From an uncultured delta proteobacterium (lineage in GTDB: Bacteria > Myxococcota_A > Polyangia > Polyangiales > Polyangiaceae): a stretch of DNA of 64,000 bases. The stretch is taken from contig CAWAIF010000003.1 in NCBI GenBank assembly GCA_963782055.1, forward strand, positions 1,280,001 to 1,344,000, written 5' to 3'. The translations under genes and the position numbers were made by a program. This document shows, piece by piece, positions 21,007-30,421 of this stretch (its first letter is position 1; every line of letters starts with the position of its first letter). Under the pieces are notes generated by a model. The model did not search any database, had not been told where the DNA came from, and saw nothing but the letters and a program-made list of their open reading frames with translations.

Positions 21007-21162
21007 GGGACGCTTCTTAGCAGACTCGGGCCGCGAGAAACCCCGACGGCGAGCGCGCTCGCGGCCGCACGTCCGGTACCCGCTCCACGGAAAGGCGCGA
21101 TCATGAACATGCTAATGATCTGGCGCCTGGGTGATCCAGGCCACGCACCCCACCGGGGGGGG

Positions 21163-21483
21163 TCAGCGGTCGTCGTTGTCGTTGCCGCCGGTGATGGGCA
21201 GGTGGCGGCTGCTGTTGACCAGCTCCTTGAGCTCCTTGCCCACCTTGAAGAAGGGCAGGCGCTTGGCCGGCACCGGGACGGGATCGCCCGTGCGCGGGTT
21301 GCGACCGGAGTACGCCTTGTAGGGGCGCACCGTGAAGCTGCCGAAGCCGCGGATCTCGATGCCCTCGCCCTGCTGCAGCGCCTCCGTCATGGCGTCGAAG
21401 ATGCAGTTGACGACCAGCTCCGCCCGGGCCTTCGTCAGGTTGCCGCGTGCAGCCATCGTGTCGATCAGCTCGCTCTTCGTCAT
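21163..21483 (-). CDS. ihfB: Integration host factor beta / HU-family DNA-binding protein
   Basis: MTKSELI, IEIRGFGSF, GRNPRTG, PFFKVGKELKE. Confidence 0.88.
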   Translation of the reverse strand: MTKSELIDTMAARGNLTKARAELVVNCIFDAMTEALQQGEGIEIRGFGSFTVRPYKAYSGRNPRTGDPVPVPAKRLPFFKVGKELKELVNSSRHLPITGGNDNDDR

Positions 21484-21566
21484 CCGTGCGCCTCCCGGCC
21501 CCGCGCTCCGTCAACGCGCCCTTCGTGCCGCCGGCCCCCTTCGAAGGAGACCGACCCACTGACGAA

Positions 21567-21595
21567 AAAATGAGGCAAATCGCGGATTAGGTCAA
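21567..21595 (-). promoter_or_regulatory. Putative sigma70 promoter for ihfB
   Basis: Minus strand TTGACC-17 nt-CATTTT in a locally AT-rich patch. Confidence 0.45.
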
Positions 21596-23673
21596 CGGGG
21601 ACCGATCGGGCGCAGGACCGTGCGGTCGAGCGCCACCGGAGCGCCCTGGGCGCCCAGCTCGAAGGGCAGGTCACGCGGCGGGAGGGTGACCTCGCGGGGA
21701 GGGAGGTCGAGGCAGGTGCCGGCGGGGCCGTCGTCCACCCACGACCAGCGGGCCAGGTCCTCCGTTCCAGCGTAAATCCTGGCGGATCCGCGGCCGTGGG
21801 TGTTCTGCAGCCACACGCGCGGGGTGACGAGGAAGCGGCCGTGGTGAGGGGAGGGGAGGGCGATGGTGACCGTGCCGGGGTGGGCTCCGGCGGGCATGAC
21901 GGTCAGCGCCTGGCCCCCGGAGACGCAGGTGCCGGCGGCCCAGGTGGGCTCGGCCCACGCACCCTGCTGGGCGAGGGGGGGCCAGTCGCTCTCGGCCTCG
22001 AAGCGCCACTGCTCGTAGCCGAGGTTGTCCGTCGCCGCGGGCGGCACGAAGGGCAGCAGCGTCACCACGCCATCGCCGTAGCGGTAGGCGCTCGTCGGGG
22101 GCTCGCCGAGGCGGTCGTAGACGAGACGATCGTGGTCGTCGTGGTGCAGGCGGGCGACGACGAGCCCCTCGGTCGGGCGGGCCTCCGGGTCGTGCGCGAG
22201 ATCGAAGCCGTGATCGGTGTCGACGAAGAGCAGGCCGTGATCGACGTGGTGCTCGGCGAGACGCTCAGGTTCGAACATGGGCCGGCCGCCCTCGCGCGAG
22301 GCCAGCGCGAGGTGCCCGAAGGCGGCGTGCAGGGCGAAGCCGGCGCACGCCAGGCCGAGCAGCGCGCCGAGCTTGCGCGCGAGCGCCACGCGGGGGAGCC
22401 ACGCGACGAGCGCCACCGCGAGGAGGGCGTGCTCGACGGGCAGCACGTCGGCGTAGAAGCGCGCGCCGCCGCCGGGATAGTCGCCGTCGAAGTAGAAGGG
22501 CGCGTAGGCGAGGATCTGCAGGCCGACGAGGGCGAAGGCGACGCGGGCGACCGGCCGCGCGCGGACCTCGTGCACGAGGGCGGGCAGCGCGAGCAGGAGC
22601 ACCGGCCACGCGTTGAGGGCGTCGGAGACGTGAAGGTGAAGGCGGCGCGCGGTGGTGCCGATCGCCGCGACGAGGCCGTAGCCGTGCTGCAGGTGCGCGC
22701 GCACGAAGTCGCCGTGCTCGTGGAGGCACCCGACGCCGGCGCCGAAGCCGTAGCGGAAGCAGCCGGGCGGGCCGTCGGAGACGGCGTAGTAGGCGCGCTG
22801 GGTGGAGGCGAGCCAGTGGCCGGTGCCGAGGTGCTGCGCCTGCAGGAGCAGCGCGAGGCCGGGCAGGGCGGCGGCGACGAGGCGCGGAGTGGCGCGTCGC
22901 AGATCGCTCCGGGCGAGCCATCCGACGCACGCGCCGATGGGGAGCGCGGAGGCGGGGCGCGTGGCGGCCACGTACCCGACGGCGAGGCCGGCGAGAAGCC
23001 ACGGGCGCGTCGCGCCGGTGCGGCGCGCACGGAGGGCGGCGACGAGCGCGACGACCACGCCGAGGGCGGCGGCGCCGTGCGACATGGTGTCGGCCGTGTG
23101 GTAGCGGAGCGCGCCACACACGACCGAGAGGAGCACCGCGCCGCGCGCGGCGAGCTCGCGGTCCGGCTCCGGCAGGCCGTGGCCCAGCTCCCGCGCGAGC
23201 GCCCACGTCGCCACGACGAGCGCGGCGGCGAGCACCGGACCGACCACCATGGGCGCGCCCACGAGGAAGCCGGCGGCGAGCAGGAGCGGGTAGCCGGGCG
23301 GGAAGATGCCGGCCATCACGCCGTCGTGGAAGAGCAGGAAGCGGCCGCGGAAGCTGGCGCTCGGCGTGGGCACCGCCCAGGCGAGTCGCCCGTGGGAGAG
23401 GGCGCGCCCCTGCAGGTAGTAGGCAGTCGCGTCGACGATGCGGGGGCCGCCGTGCAGGTAGTGGTCGACGTAGAGCAGCGACAGGAGGGTCGCGGCGATC
23501 GCGGCGCCCGCGACGAAGCGGCGAGATGGTTGACGCATCAACGAATCGCGCAGCGCGGCCGGAAAGAGCGCCGCGGCCGCGAGCAGGAGTACGCCCAGGA
23601 CCAGCGCCGCCCACGCCGCGCCGTCGGGCGGCGCGCCCCACGGCCCCATCAGCTTCAGCAGCGCGTGTCCCAC
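21592..23673 (-). CDS. GT-C-fold (ArnT/PMT-like) polytopic membrane glycosyltransferase
   Basis: Acidic residue after TM1 (PRIVDATAYY), FPPGYPLLLA, many TM helices, TRP motif, soluble C-terminal domain; start 23673 or 23649. Confidence 0.7.
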   Translation of the reverse strand: MGHALLKLMGPWGAPPDGAAWAALVLGVLLLAAAALFPAALRDSLMRQPSRRFVAGAAIAATLLSLLYVDHYLHGGPRIVDATAYYLQGRALSHGRLAWAVPTPSASFRGRFLLFHDGVMAGIFPPGYPLLLAAGFLVGAPMVVGPVLAAALVVATWALARELGHGLPEPDRELAARGAVLLSVVCGALRYHTADTMSHGAAALGVVVALVAALRARRTGATRPWLLAGLAVGYVAATRPASALPIGACVGWLARSDLRRATPRLVAAALPGLALLLQAQHLGTGHWLASTQRAYYAVSDGPPGCFRYGFGAGVGCLHEHGDFVRAHLQHGYGLVAAIGTTARRLHLHVSDALNAWPVLLLALPALVHEVRARPVARVAFALVGLQILAYAPFYFDGDYPGGGARFYADVLPVEHALLAVALVAWLPRVALARKLGALLGLACAGFALHAAFGHLALASREGGRPMFEPERLAEHHVDHGLLFVDTDHGFDLAHDPEARPTEGLVVARLHHDDHDRLVYDRLGEPPTSAYRYGDGVVTLLPFVPPAATDNLGYEQWRFEAESDWPPLAQQGAWAEPTWAAGTCVSGGQALTVMPAGAHPGTVTIALPSPHHGRFLVTPRVWLQNTHGRGSARIYAGTEDLARWSWVDDGPAGTCLDLPPREVTLPPRDLPFELGAQGAPVALDRTVLRPIGPR

Positions 23674-25928
23674 TACTGCGCCACCCACACGTGGTAGTCG
23701 AGGAAATCGCCCGGGCCGTCGTTCTGGAGGCGCAGGTCCATCGAGGAGCGCACGGCGCTCGCCGGGATGGTCAGCGTCTTCTCGACCCAGCCGTCGGCGG
23801 CCGTGAAGTCCAGCGCGCCGACGACCTGCCCGCCGGCCAGGACGCGCACGTGCGCCGGCACGTTCGGTGCCGAGCGAACGATCAGCGTCGCGGCGGCGCC
23901 CGGCCGCAGGTGACCGAGGCGCATCGACTCCCCGCGTCCTCCGGAGATGCGGCGGCCGGCGTCGAAGAAGTCCTGCGTGGCGTCCGCGGGGTCCTGGAGG
24001 ATCTTCATCTCCGTCCATCCGCCGGCGGGGTGGGGGAAGACGTAGCGGTGCTCGCGCTCGCTCACCAGGTCGGCGACGTCCACCGAGTCGACGACGCGCC
24101 CCGACAGCGCCGCGCGCGGCCTGTCCCCCTTGCCGAGCGGGCTCCAGTCGGCGGTGTAGAGCACGTCCTCGTAGCCGCCGCAGATGACGTTGCCGTGCGC
24201 CGGGACGCGGGCGACGACGTCGTGAGCGAACCACGTCGGGAGCACGCCCCACCACGACGGGTAGATGGCGAACATGTCGGGGCGGTCTGCCGGCGGCATC
24301 CGCTCGATGAGCTCGATGGACGCCGGGAGGCCCTGCACGCCCGCGCGCGCGAAGGGCAGGTCGTGGTAGCCGCCGAGGCCGATGATGTCGAGGCCGGGGC
24401 GGCCGGAGGCGTACATGAGCGCGCCGGCGTCGCCCACCAGCACGCGGTGCGGGTGGAGCTGGGCGAGCATGCGCCCCGCGACGATGTGCTGATCGCGGAT
24501 GTTGCGGCACGCGCGGCCGAAGAACCACTTCTGGTCGCGCATCTTGCTCACCTGGTGGTCGTGCGCGAGGAAGAGCGCGGCGGCGACGGCGAGCGCGCGC
24601 GCGGGCCAGAAGCGCAGCACCAGGGCGACGCCCAGCCCCGCGCCCGCGGCGTACGCGAGCGGCACGCGCAGCGACGGCATGGTCCCGGCGGGGCGCGTGA
24701 CGATGCCCACCAGCTCCACCGCCGCGGTGCCAGCGAGCAGGCCGAAGACCACGCTCGGGCGGCCGAGTCGGCGGAGCATGGCGGCGGCGCCGAGGGCGGC
24801 GAGGGTGAGCAGCCACGCGACCGCGGGCATGGTGTAGCGCTCGTTCTGCCAGCGCACCTGTCCGTTGAAGGCGACGAGCAGCAGCCAGCCGGCGATCTGC
24901 AGCCAGAGCAGCACGCCCACGCGGCGCGTGGCGGGGACGGCGAGCGCGGCGAGCGCGAGCGCGGGCACCAGGAACCCGAGCGCGGGCGCGTCGGTGAAGT
25001 GGTACTCGACGTTGCGCAGCACCGTGTAGGTCAGGTTGAAGGTGTAGTCGGCGAGCTTCTCGCGCGGCAGCATGAAGGGGTTGTTGAGCGCCAGCTTCAC
25101 GATGGCGCCGTTGGCGCTGTACTCGCCGGTGAAGGCGCGGTTGGCGAGCGTCTGCAGCACGAGGAAGGCGACGCCCGGCGCCCCGACGCGCAGGAGCATC
25201 GCTGCGCGCTCGCTCGCGCGGAGCCGGTCCTTGCGCCAGAACGCTGCCACCAGGCCAAAGACGGCGACCGTCGTCGCCGCCTCGGGGCGCGTGGCGACGA
25301 GCAGCAGGCACCACGCGCCGAGCGCCCACGCGCGGCCGCGCAGCTCCCGGCCGCGCGCGTCGTCCAGGGCGAAGAAGGCGAGCAGCGCGCATGCCCACAC
25401 GCCCAGGAAGAACGCCACCTCCATGCCGCTCCAGAGCGACCAGTCCAGCGCGCCCAGGCCGAGCAGGACCGGAGGCAGGAGGTAGGAGAGCCAGCGCATC
25501 CCCTCGCCGCGGCCCGAGGCGCTGCGCAGGAAGAGGGAGCGTCCGGCGAGCAGGGTGCCGAAGGTGCACACCATCGCCAGGAGCGCGGCCCACTTCATCA
25601 GGGCGAGATCGTGGAAGCCGAGGACGTAGCCGAGCGCGAGGACGAAGGGGTAGGTGACGCTGGTGTTGCCGGAGGAGTAGCCGTTTCCGGCGACCCACTC
25701 GAAGGGGTGGCCCTGGGCGATCGCGCGGGCGTAGTCGAAGTGGATGAAGACGTCGTCGAGCGGCGCCGACCACTCGCCGCCGGTCTGCTTCATCATGAAG
25801 CCGTAGAAGAGCCGCGCGGAGGCGAGCGTGCAGTACGCCGCCCACAGCGCGTAGAGCGCGGGGTCCACACGCCGGAGCGCGAGCTCCAGCCTCTTCGCGT
25901 GGCCGGCGAGCCCGGCAGGTCGCAGCAC
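23673..25928 (-). CDS. GT-C-fold membrane glycosyltransferase-like protein (paralogue A)
   Basis: LDDVFIHFDYAR, SGME, TRPE, ERY, DAGALMY, DIIGL motifs; many TM helices. Confidence 0.72.
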   Translation of the reverse strand: MLRPAGLAGHAKRLELALRRVDPALYALWAAYCTLASARLFYGFMMKQTGGEWSAPLDDVFIHFDYARAIAQGHPFEWVAGNGYSSGNTSVTYPFVLALGYVLGFHDLALMKWAALLAMVCTFGTLLAGRSLFLRSASGRGEGMRWLSYLLPPVLLGLGALDWSLWSGMEVAFFLGVWACALLAFFALDDARGRELRGRAWALGAWCLLLVATRPEAATTVAVFGLVAAFWRKDRLRASERAAMLLRVGAPGVAFLVLQTLANRAFTGEYSANGAIVKLALNNPFMLPREKLADYTFNLTYTVLRNVEYHFTDAPALGFLVPALALAALAVPATRRVGVLLWLQIAGWLLLVAFNGQVRWQNERYTMPAVAWLLTLAALGAAAMLRRLGRPSVVFGLLAGTAAVELVGIVTRPAGTMPSLRVPLAYAAGAGLGVALVLRFWPARALAVAAALFLAHDHQVSKMRDQKWFFGRACRNIRDQHIVAGRMLAQLHPHRVLVGDAGALMYASGRPGLDIIGLGGYHDLPFARAGVQGLPASIELIERMPPADRPDMFAIYPSWWGVLPTWFAHDVVARVPAHGNVICGGYEDVLYTADWSPLGKGDRPRAALSGRVVDSVDVADLVSEREHRYVFPHPAGGWTEMKILQDPADATQDFFDAGRRISGGRGESMRLGHLRPGAAATLIVRSAPNVPAHVRVLAGGQVVGALDFTAADGWVEKTLTIPASAVRSSMDLRLQNDGPGDFLDYHVWVAQ

Positions 25929-26024
25929 GTCCGCTCGTATAGCAAACGCGGCGTCCGGGCCGAAGCCGGAGCCGAAACGGCCGAGCTATCCCTGGCGGGC
26001 GAGGGGAGATAGGACTGATCTTTC

Positions 26025-26477
26025 ATGCCTGCGACGGATCCCATCGACACCTCCCGCGAGGCGCCTCCGCACCTCGTGCAGGCCGGGATCGTCGTGCGCG
26101 TGGTGATCGCCATCGCCATGGTCCTGACGGCCTTCTTGCCGTGGGCGACGGCCCCCGACGGGACGCCGGTCACGGGCGAGGAGTGGTACGGCGCCGGCGT
26201 GCTCGCCCTCTGCGGCGGCATGCTCCTGAGCGCGCTGCTCCCGCTGGGCTCGCGGAGGGCACAGATCGGCCTGGCGAGCGCCATCTCCACCGCCCTCTTC
26301 GCGCTGGGCGCCCTCTGGCTGGCCACCGGCCCGGTGCGCCACGGCGGCCAGACGCTGGTGCGCACACGCGTGCCTCACCTCTTCAAGGACATGGCGTGGG
26401 TCGCCTTCGCGGTGGCCGTCTGGCAGACGTACGTGCACGCCTTCGCGCTCTCCCAGGCGCGCAAATCTCGCCGCTGA
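26025..26477 (+). CDS. Hypothetical membrane protein (about 4 TM)
   Basis: Four hydrophobic segments; FLPW motif. Confidence 0.6.
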   Translation: MPATDPIDTSREAPPHLVQAGIVVRVVIAIAMVLTAFLPWATAPDGTPVTGEEWYGAGVLALCGGMLLSALLPLGSRRAQIGLASAISTALFALGALWLATGPVRHGGQTLVRTRVPHLFKDMAWVAFAVAVWQTYVHAFALSQARKSRR

Positions 26478-26540
26478 GCATCGTGGAGTGGCCGCTGCCG
26501 GTTGCGGCTGGGCCGCCGCGCGACTAATCCCAATCCGCCG

Positions 26541-29159
26541 ATGCGTTCGCTCCACACGAGATGGGCCGTCCTCGCGAGCGCGGCCGCCGTGCTGTGGGCG
26601 TCCGGGGCGTCCGCGCAGGGATTTGGCGGGGTAGTCCCGCCGGCGGACACCGGCGGGGTCACGCCCGCGCCCGCGCCCCCCAAGGTCACCCTGCCGGTGA
26701 TCCAGAAGGACGAGGGCGCCGTGTACCCGGAGCAGGCGCTCAAGGACGACGTGCGCGCGCCGGTGACGGTGGTGCTGGTGCTCACCATCGACGCCACCGG
26801 CCACGTCATCGACGCGAAGGTGGAGGCCCCGCAGGGCCACGGCTTCGACGAGTCGGCGCTCGCCGCCGCGAAGGCGATCCAGTTCGCCCCCGCGACGAAA
26901 GACGGCAAGCCGATGGCGGCGCGGATCAAGCACAAGTACGTCTTCTTGCCGCCGCCCGGCGTGCTGGACGGCCGCGTGACGACCGAGACCGGCCGGCCGA
27001 TCCCCGGGGCGTCGCTCGTGATCACCGACGACAAGGGCAAGCGGAGCGTCGCCACGACCGACGCGCGGGGCACCTTCCGGCTGGAGAGCCTGCCCCTCGG
27101 CGCGTACCACATCGCGCTGACCGCCGAGGGCTTCGTCGGCCAGGAGGCGGACGAGGACGTCGGGCCGGGCGAGGAGGTGAAGGAGATCTTTCGCCTCGCG
27201 CGCAAGCAGGAGAAGCCCGAGAAGGTGGTGAAGCCGCCCCCCGGCGCCGCGGGCGGCGAGATCGAGGACGTCTACGTGCGCGGCAAGCGCCCCGCGCGCG
27301 AGGTGACACGGCGCACGCTCGACCAGCGGGAGCTGCTGCGCTCACCGGGCACCAACGGCGACGCGCTGCGGGCGCTGCAGAACATGCCGGGCATCGCGCG
27401 GCCGCCGGGCATCGCGGGGATCCTCATCGTGCGCGGGTCGTCGCCGCAGGACACGCAGATCTTCGTCGACGGCACCAACATCCCGCTCGTCTACCACTTC
27501 GGCGGCCTCTCCTCCGTGGTGCCGACCGAGCTGCTCGACAAGATCGACTTCTACCCGGGCAACTTCAGCACCATGTACGGGCGCGCCACCGGCGGCATCG
27601 TCGACGTGGGCGTGCGCTCGCCCAAGACCGACAAGCTGCACGGGATGGCGCAGGTGGATCTCATCGACGCGCGTGTCCTGGCGGAGGGCCCCATCGGCAA
27701 GGGCTGGAGCTTCGAGGTCGCGGGGCGCCGCTCGTGGGTGGACGCGTGGCTCAAGCCCGTACTGGAGGCGACAGGCGCCGGCGTCTCCACCGCGCCTGTC
27801 TATTACGACTGGCAGGCGCTGCTCCAGAAGAACTTCGCCAAGGAGCACTACCTGCGTGTCTTCTTCTTCGGCAGCGACGACAGGCTGGATCTGCTCATCA
27901 AGGACGCCAACGGCCGCGACCCCACCCTGACCGGCGAGACCAGCTTCCACACCAACTTCTGGCGGGTGCAGGCGCTCTACAAGAACCGCATCTCCAGCAA
28001 GACCGAGCTCAAGGCCCTCGCCGCCTTCGGCGAGGACAAGATCGACTTCTCCCTCGGCAACATCTTCTTCACCCTGGAGAGCTATCCGCTCTCCGGTCGG
28101 GTGGAGCTCTCGCAGAAGATCGCCTCCCGCGTGACCGCCAACGTGGGCGTCGACATGCTCTGGGCGCCGTACAACGTCTCGGCGCGCCTGCCGGCGCCGC
28201 CCCCGCCGGGCCAGCCGTCGGGCGGCACCTTCGGAAGCCGGCCGCCGCTGGACGAGTCGCAGAGCGGGGCGCAGTACGCGCCGGCGATGTACACCGAGCT
28301 GGAGCTGACGCCGTGGCACGGGGCGCGCATCGTCCCCGGCCTGCGCCTGGACTACACCAAGGTGACCGGCCGCTACGACTTCGCGCCGCGCGTCGTGGTG
28401 CGACAGGACATCGGCCCGGCCTTCCCGCGCACCACCGTCAAGGGCGGCGTGGGCGTCTTCTACGAGCCGCCGCTGCCGCAGCAGAGCGACCCGGTCTTCG
28501 GCCAGCTCGGGCTCAAGTCGGAGCGCGCCATCCAGTACGACGTGGGCGTGGAGCGCGAGTTCACCAAGAACCTGGAGGCCTCCGTCGAGGGCTTCTACAA
28601 GCAGCTCGACGATCTGGTGGCGACGGGCAACGGCAACGCGGGACAGGGCTGGGTCTACGGCCTGGAGACGCTCATCCGCTACAAGCCGGACAAGCACTTC
28701 TTCGGGTGGATCGCCTACACGCTCTCGCGCAGCACCCGGCGCGACCTGCCCGGCCAGCCGATCCGCACCGCGCCCTTCGACCAGACGCACATCCTGACGA
28801 TCCTGGGCAGCTACCGGTTCGGGCACGGCTGGGAGGTGGGCGCGCGCTTCCGGCTGGTGAGCGGCAACCCCACGACGCCCGACGCGTACGGCTTCTACGA
28901 CGCCAACACAGGCAGCTACCTGCCGCTCTCCGGGTACCCGCCCAACGGCGACCGGCTGCCCCTCTTCCACCAGCTCGACCTGCGCGTCGACAAGACCTGG
29001 CAGTTCAAGGCGTGGAAGCTCGGCGTCTACGCCGACGTGCAGAACGTCTACAACGCGGGCAACGTGGAGGGCACGAGCTACAACTACAACTACACGCAGC
29101 GCACGTACGCCACGGGCCTGCCGTTCTTGCCGAGCATCGGCCTGCGCGGGGAGTTCTAA
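26541..29159 (+). CDS. TonB-dependent receptor with N-terminal TonB-C-like and carboxypeptidase-regulatory-like domains
   Basis: Signal peptide; YPEQA...IDATGHV...FDESALAA...FAPA (TonB C-terminal-like); plug LQNMPG, IVRG, YGRATGG; beta-barrel ending LRGEF. Confidence 0.9.
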   Translation: MRSLHTRWAVLASAAAVLWASGASAQGFGGVVPPADTGGVTPAPAPPKVTLPVIQKDEGAVYPEQALKDDVRAPVTVVLVLTIDATGHVIDAKVEAPQGHGFDESALAAAKAIQFAPATKDGKPMAARIKHKYVFLPPPGVLDGRVTTETGRPIPGASLVITDDKGKRSVATTDARGTFRLESLPLGAYHIALTAEGFVGQEADEDVGPGEEVKEIFRLARKQEKPEKVVKPPPGAAGGEIEDVYVRGKRPAREVTRRTLDQRELLRSPGTNGDALRALQNMPGIARPPGIAGILIVRGSSPQDTQIFVDGTNIPLVYHFGGLSSVVPTELLDKIDFYPGNFSTMYGRATGGIVDVGVRSPKTDKLHGMAQVDLIDARVLAEGPIGKGWSFEVAGRRSWVDAWLKPVLEATGAGVSTAPVYYDWQALLQKNFAKEHYLRVFFFGSDDRLDLLIKDANGRDPTLTGETSFHTNFWRVQALYKNRISSKTELKALAAFGEDKIDFSLGNIFFTLESYPLSGRVELSQKIASRVTANVGVDMLWAPYNVSARLPAPPPPGQPSGGTFGSRPPLDESQSGAQYAPAMYTELELTPWHGARIVPGLRLDYTKVTGRYDFAPRVVVRQDIGPAFPRTTVKGGVGVFYEPPLPQQSDPVFGQLGLKSERAIQYDVGVEREFTKNLEASVEGFYKQLDDLVATGNGNAGQGWVYGLETLIRYKPDKHFFGWIAYTLSRSTRRDLPGQPIRTAPFDQTHILTILGSYRFGHGWEVGARFRLVSGNPTTPDAYGFYDANTGSYLPLSGYPPNGDRLPLFHQLDLRVDKTWQFKAWKLGVYADVQNVYNAGNVEGTSYNYNYTQRTYATGLPFLPSIGLRGEF

Positions 29160-29162
29160 GCG

Positions 29163-30224
29163 ATGAAGCGCACGCTCGCGAAGATCACGGCCACACTGGC
29201 GCTCTCCGGCGCCGCGGCGGGGGTGCTGGGCGCCGCGGCGTGCGGGCCGGCGGGCTTCGACCCGGCGTCCGACGTCCAGACCGTCCGCGTCTTCGCCGCG
29301 CGCGCGGACAAGCCCTACGCGAAGCCCGGGGATACGGTGAACGTGGACCTGTACGCCTACGACGGGCGCCCCGCGCCGACGACGGCGATGAAGATCTACT
29401 GGCTGCCCTTCGTCTGCAAGGATCCGCCGGGTGACGTGTATTATGCATGCTTCAGCGCGCTCCTCGCCGGCGCGGGCGACGGCGGGGCGGGCGAGGCCGG
29501 CGCGGGCGACGGCGGGCTGCCGCCCATCTTCCAGAGCGGCTTCGACATCACCGACTTCCTCGTCCAGGGCTCGCGCTTCACCTTCAAGATGCCCCAGGAC
29601 GTCATCACGGCGCACCGGGTGGTGCAGGGCGCGGCCGAGCCCTACGGCATCGCCTTCGTCTTCGCCATCGCCTGCGCGGGGCGCGTGCGGATCGCCCCCA
29701 TCGACCCGAACAACATCGACCCGCAGAAGGTGCCCATCGGCTGCTACGACGACCAGGGCAACGCGCTCGGGCCGGACGACTACGTCATCGCCTTCTCCCG
29801 GGTGTACGCCTACCAGAGCGCGACCAACACGAACCCGGAGATCGACGGCGTCACCTTCGACGGCAAGCCGGTGGACCTCAACGCGGGGGTGGTGGTCGAC
29901 CGCTGCAGGTCGAAGAACAACCTGGACTGCGCGCACAAGTTCAACGTGAACGTGCCCGACTCGAGCTGGGAGCTGGCGACCGGCACGCCCGCGCAGCCGG
30001 ACGGCACGCAGCTCCACGAGCAGGTGTACGCGCAGTACTACTGGACACTCCCGCAGACGACGTCCGACGGGCGGCTGCTCTTCGACCCGTCGACCGGCCG
30101 CGTGCCCGACAGCGACAACAAGTTCCTGCCGCCGTACGGGCCGAGCGAGGGGCGGATCTTCGTGGTGGTGCACGACAACCGCGGCGGCGCGAACTGGGTG
30201 GACTTCCCGGTGTACGTGCGGTGA
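29163..30224 (+). CDS. Hypothetical lipoprotein partnered with the TonB-dependent receptor
   Basis: AAAC lipobox; 3 bp after the receptor stop; NTNP and VVHDNRGG motifs. Confidence 0.75.
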   Translation: MKRTLAKITATLALSGAAAGVLGAAACGPAGFDPASDVQTVRVFAARADKPYAKPGDTVNVDLYAYDGRPAPTTAMKIYWLPFVCKDPPGDVYYACFSALLAGAGDGGAGEAGAGDGGLPPIFQSGFDITDFLVQGSRFTFKMPQDVITAHRVVQGAAEPYGIAFVFAIACAGRVRIAPIDPNNIDPQKVPIGCYDDQGNALGPDDYVIAFSRVYAYQSATNTNPEIDGVTFDGKPVDLNAGVVVDRCRSKNNLDCAHKFNVNVPDSSWELATGTPAQPDGTQLHEQVYAQYYWTLPQTTSDGRLLFDPSTGRVPDSDNKFLPPYGPSEGRIFVVVHDNRGGANWVDFPVYVR

Positions 30225-30366
30225 CGGGGCAGCACCACCCACAAGGGAGTACGACCTAGCACGAATCGGATCAGCCGACCCGCTTCCGGCTTGCGCCACG
30301 GCCGAGCCAGGTTCACTCTTTGGACCGAGACCAGTGACCAGAAGAGAGGGGGGCGGCATGGCGCTC

Positions 30367-30399
30367 GCAGGGCAGGGCAGGGCAGGGGGGCAGGGCAGG
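30367..30399. repeat. Simple sequence repeat (GCAGG)4-GGG-(GCAGG)2 with G6 tract; G-quadruplex-like
   Basis: Read directly; six G>=3 runs separated by CA loops. Confidence 0.9.
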
Positions 30400-30421
30400 G
30401 CAAGCTCGATGGCCACTTGCG

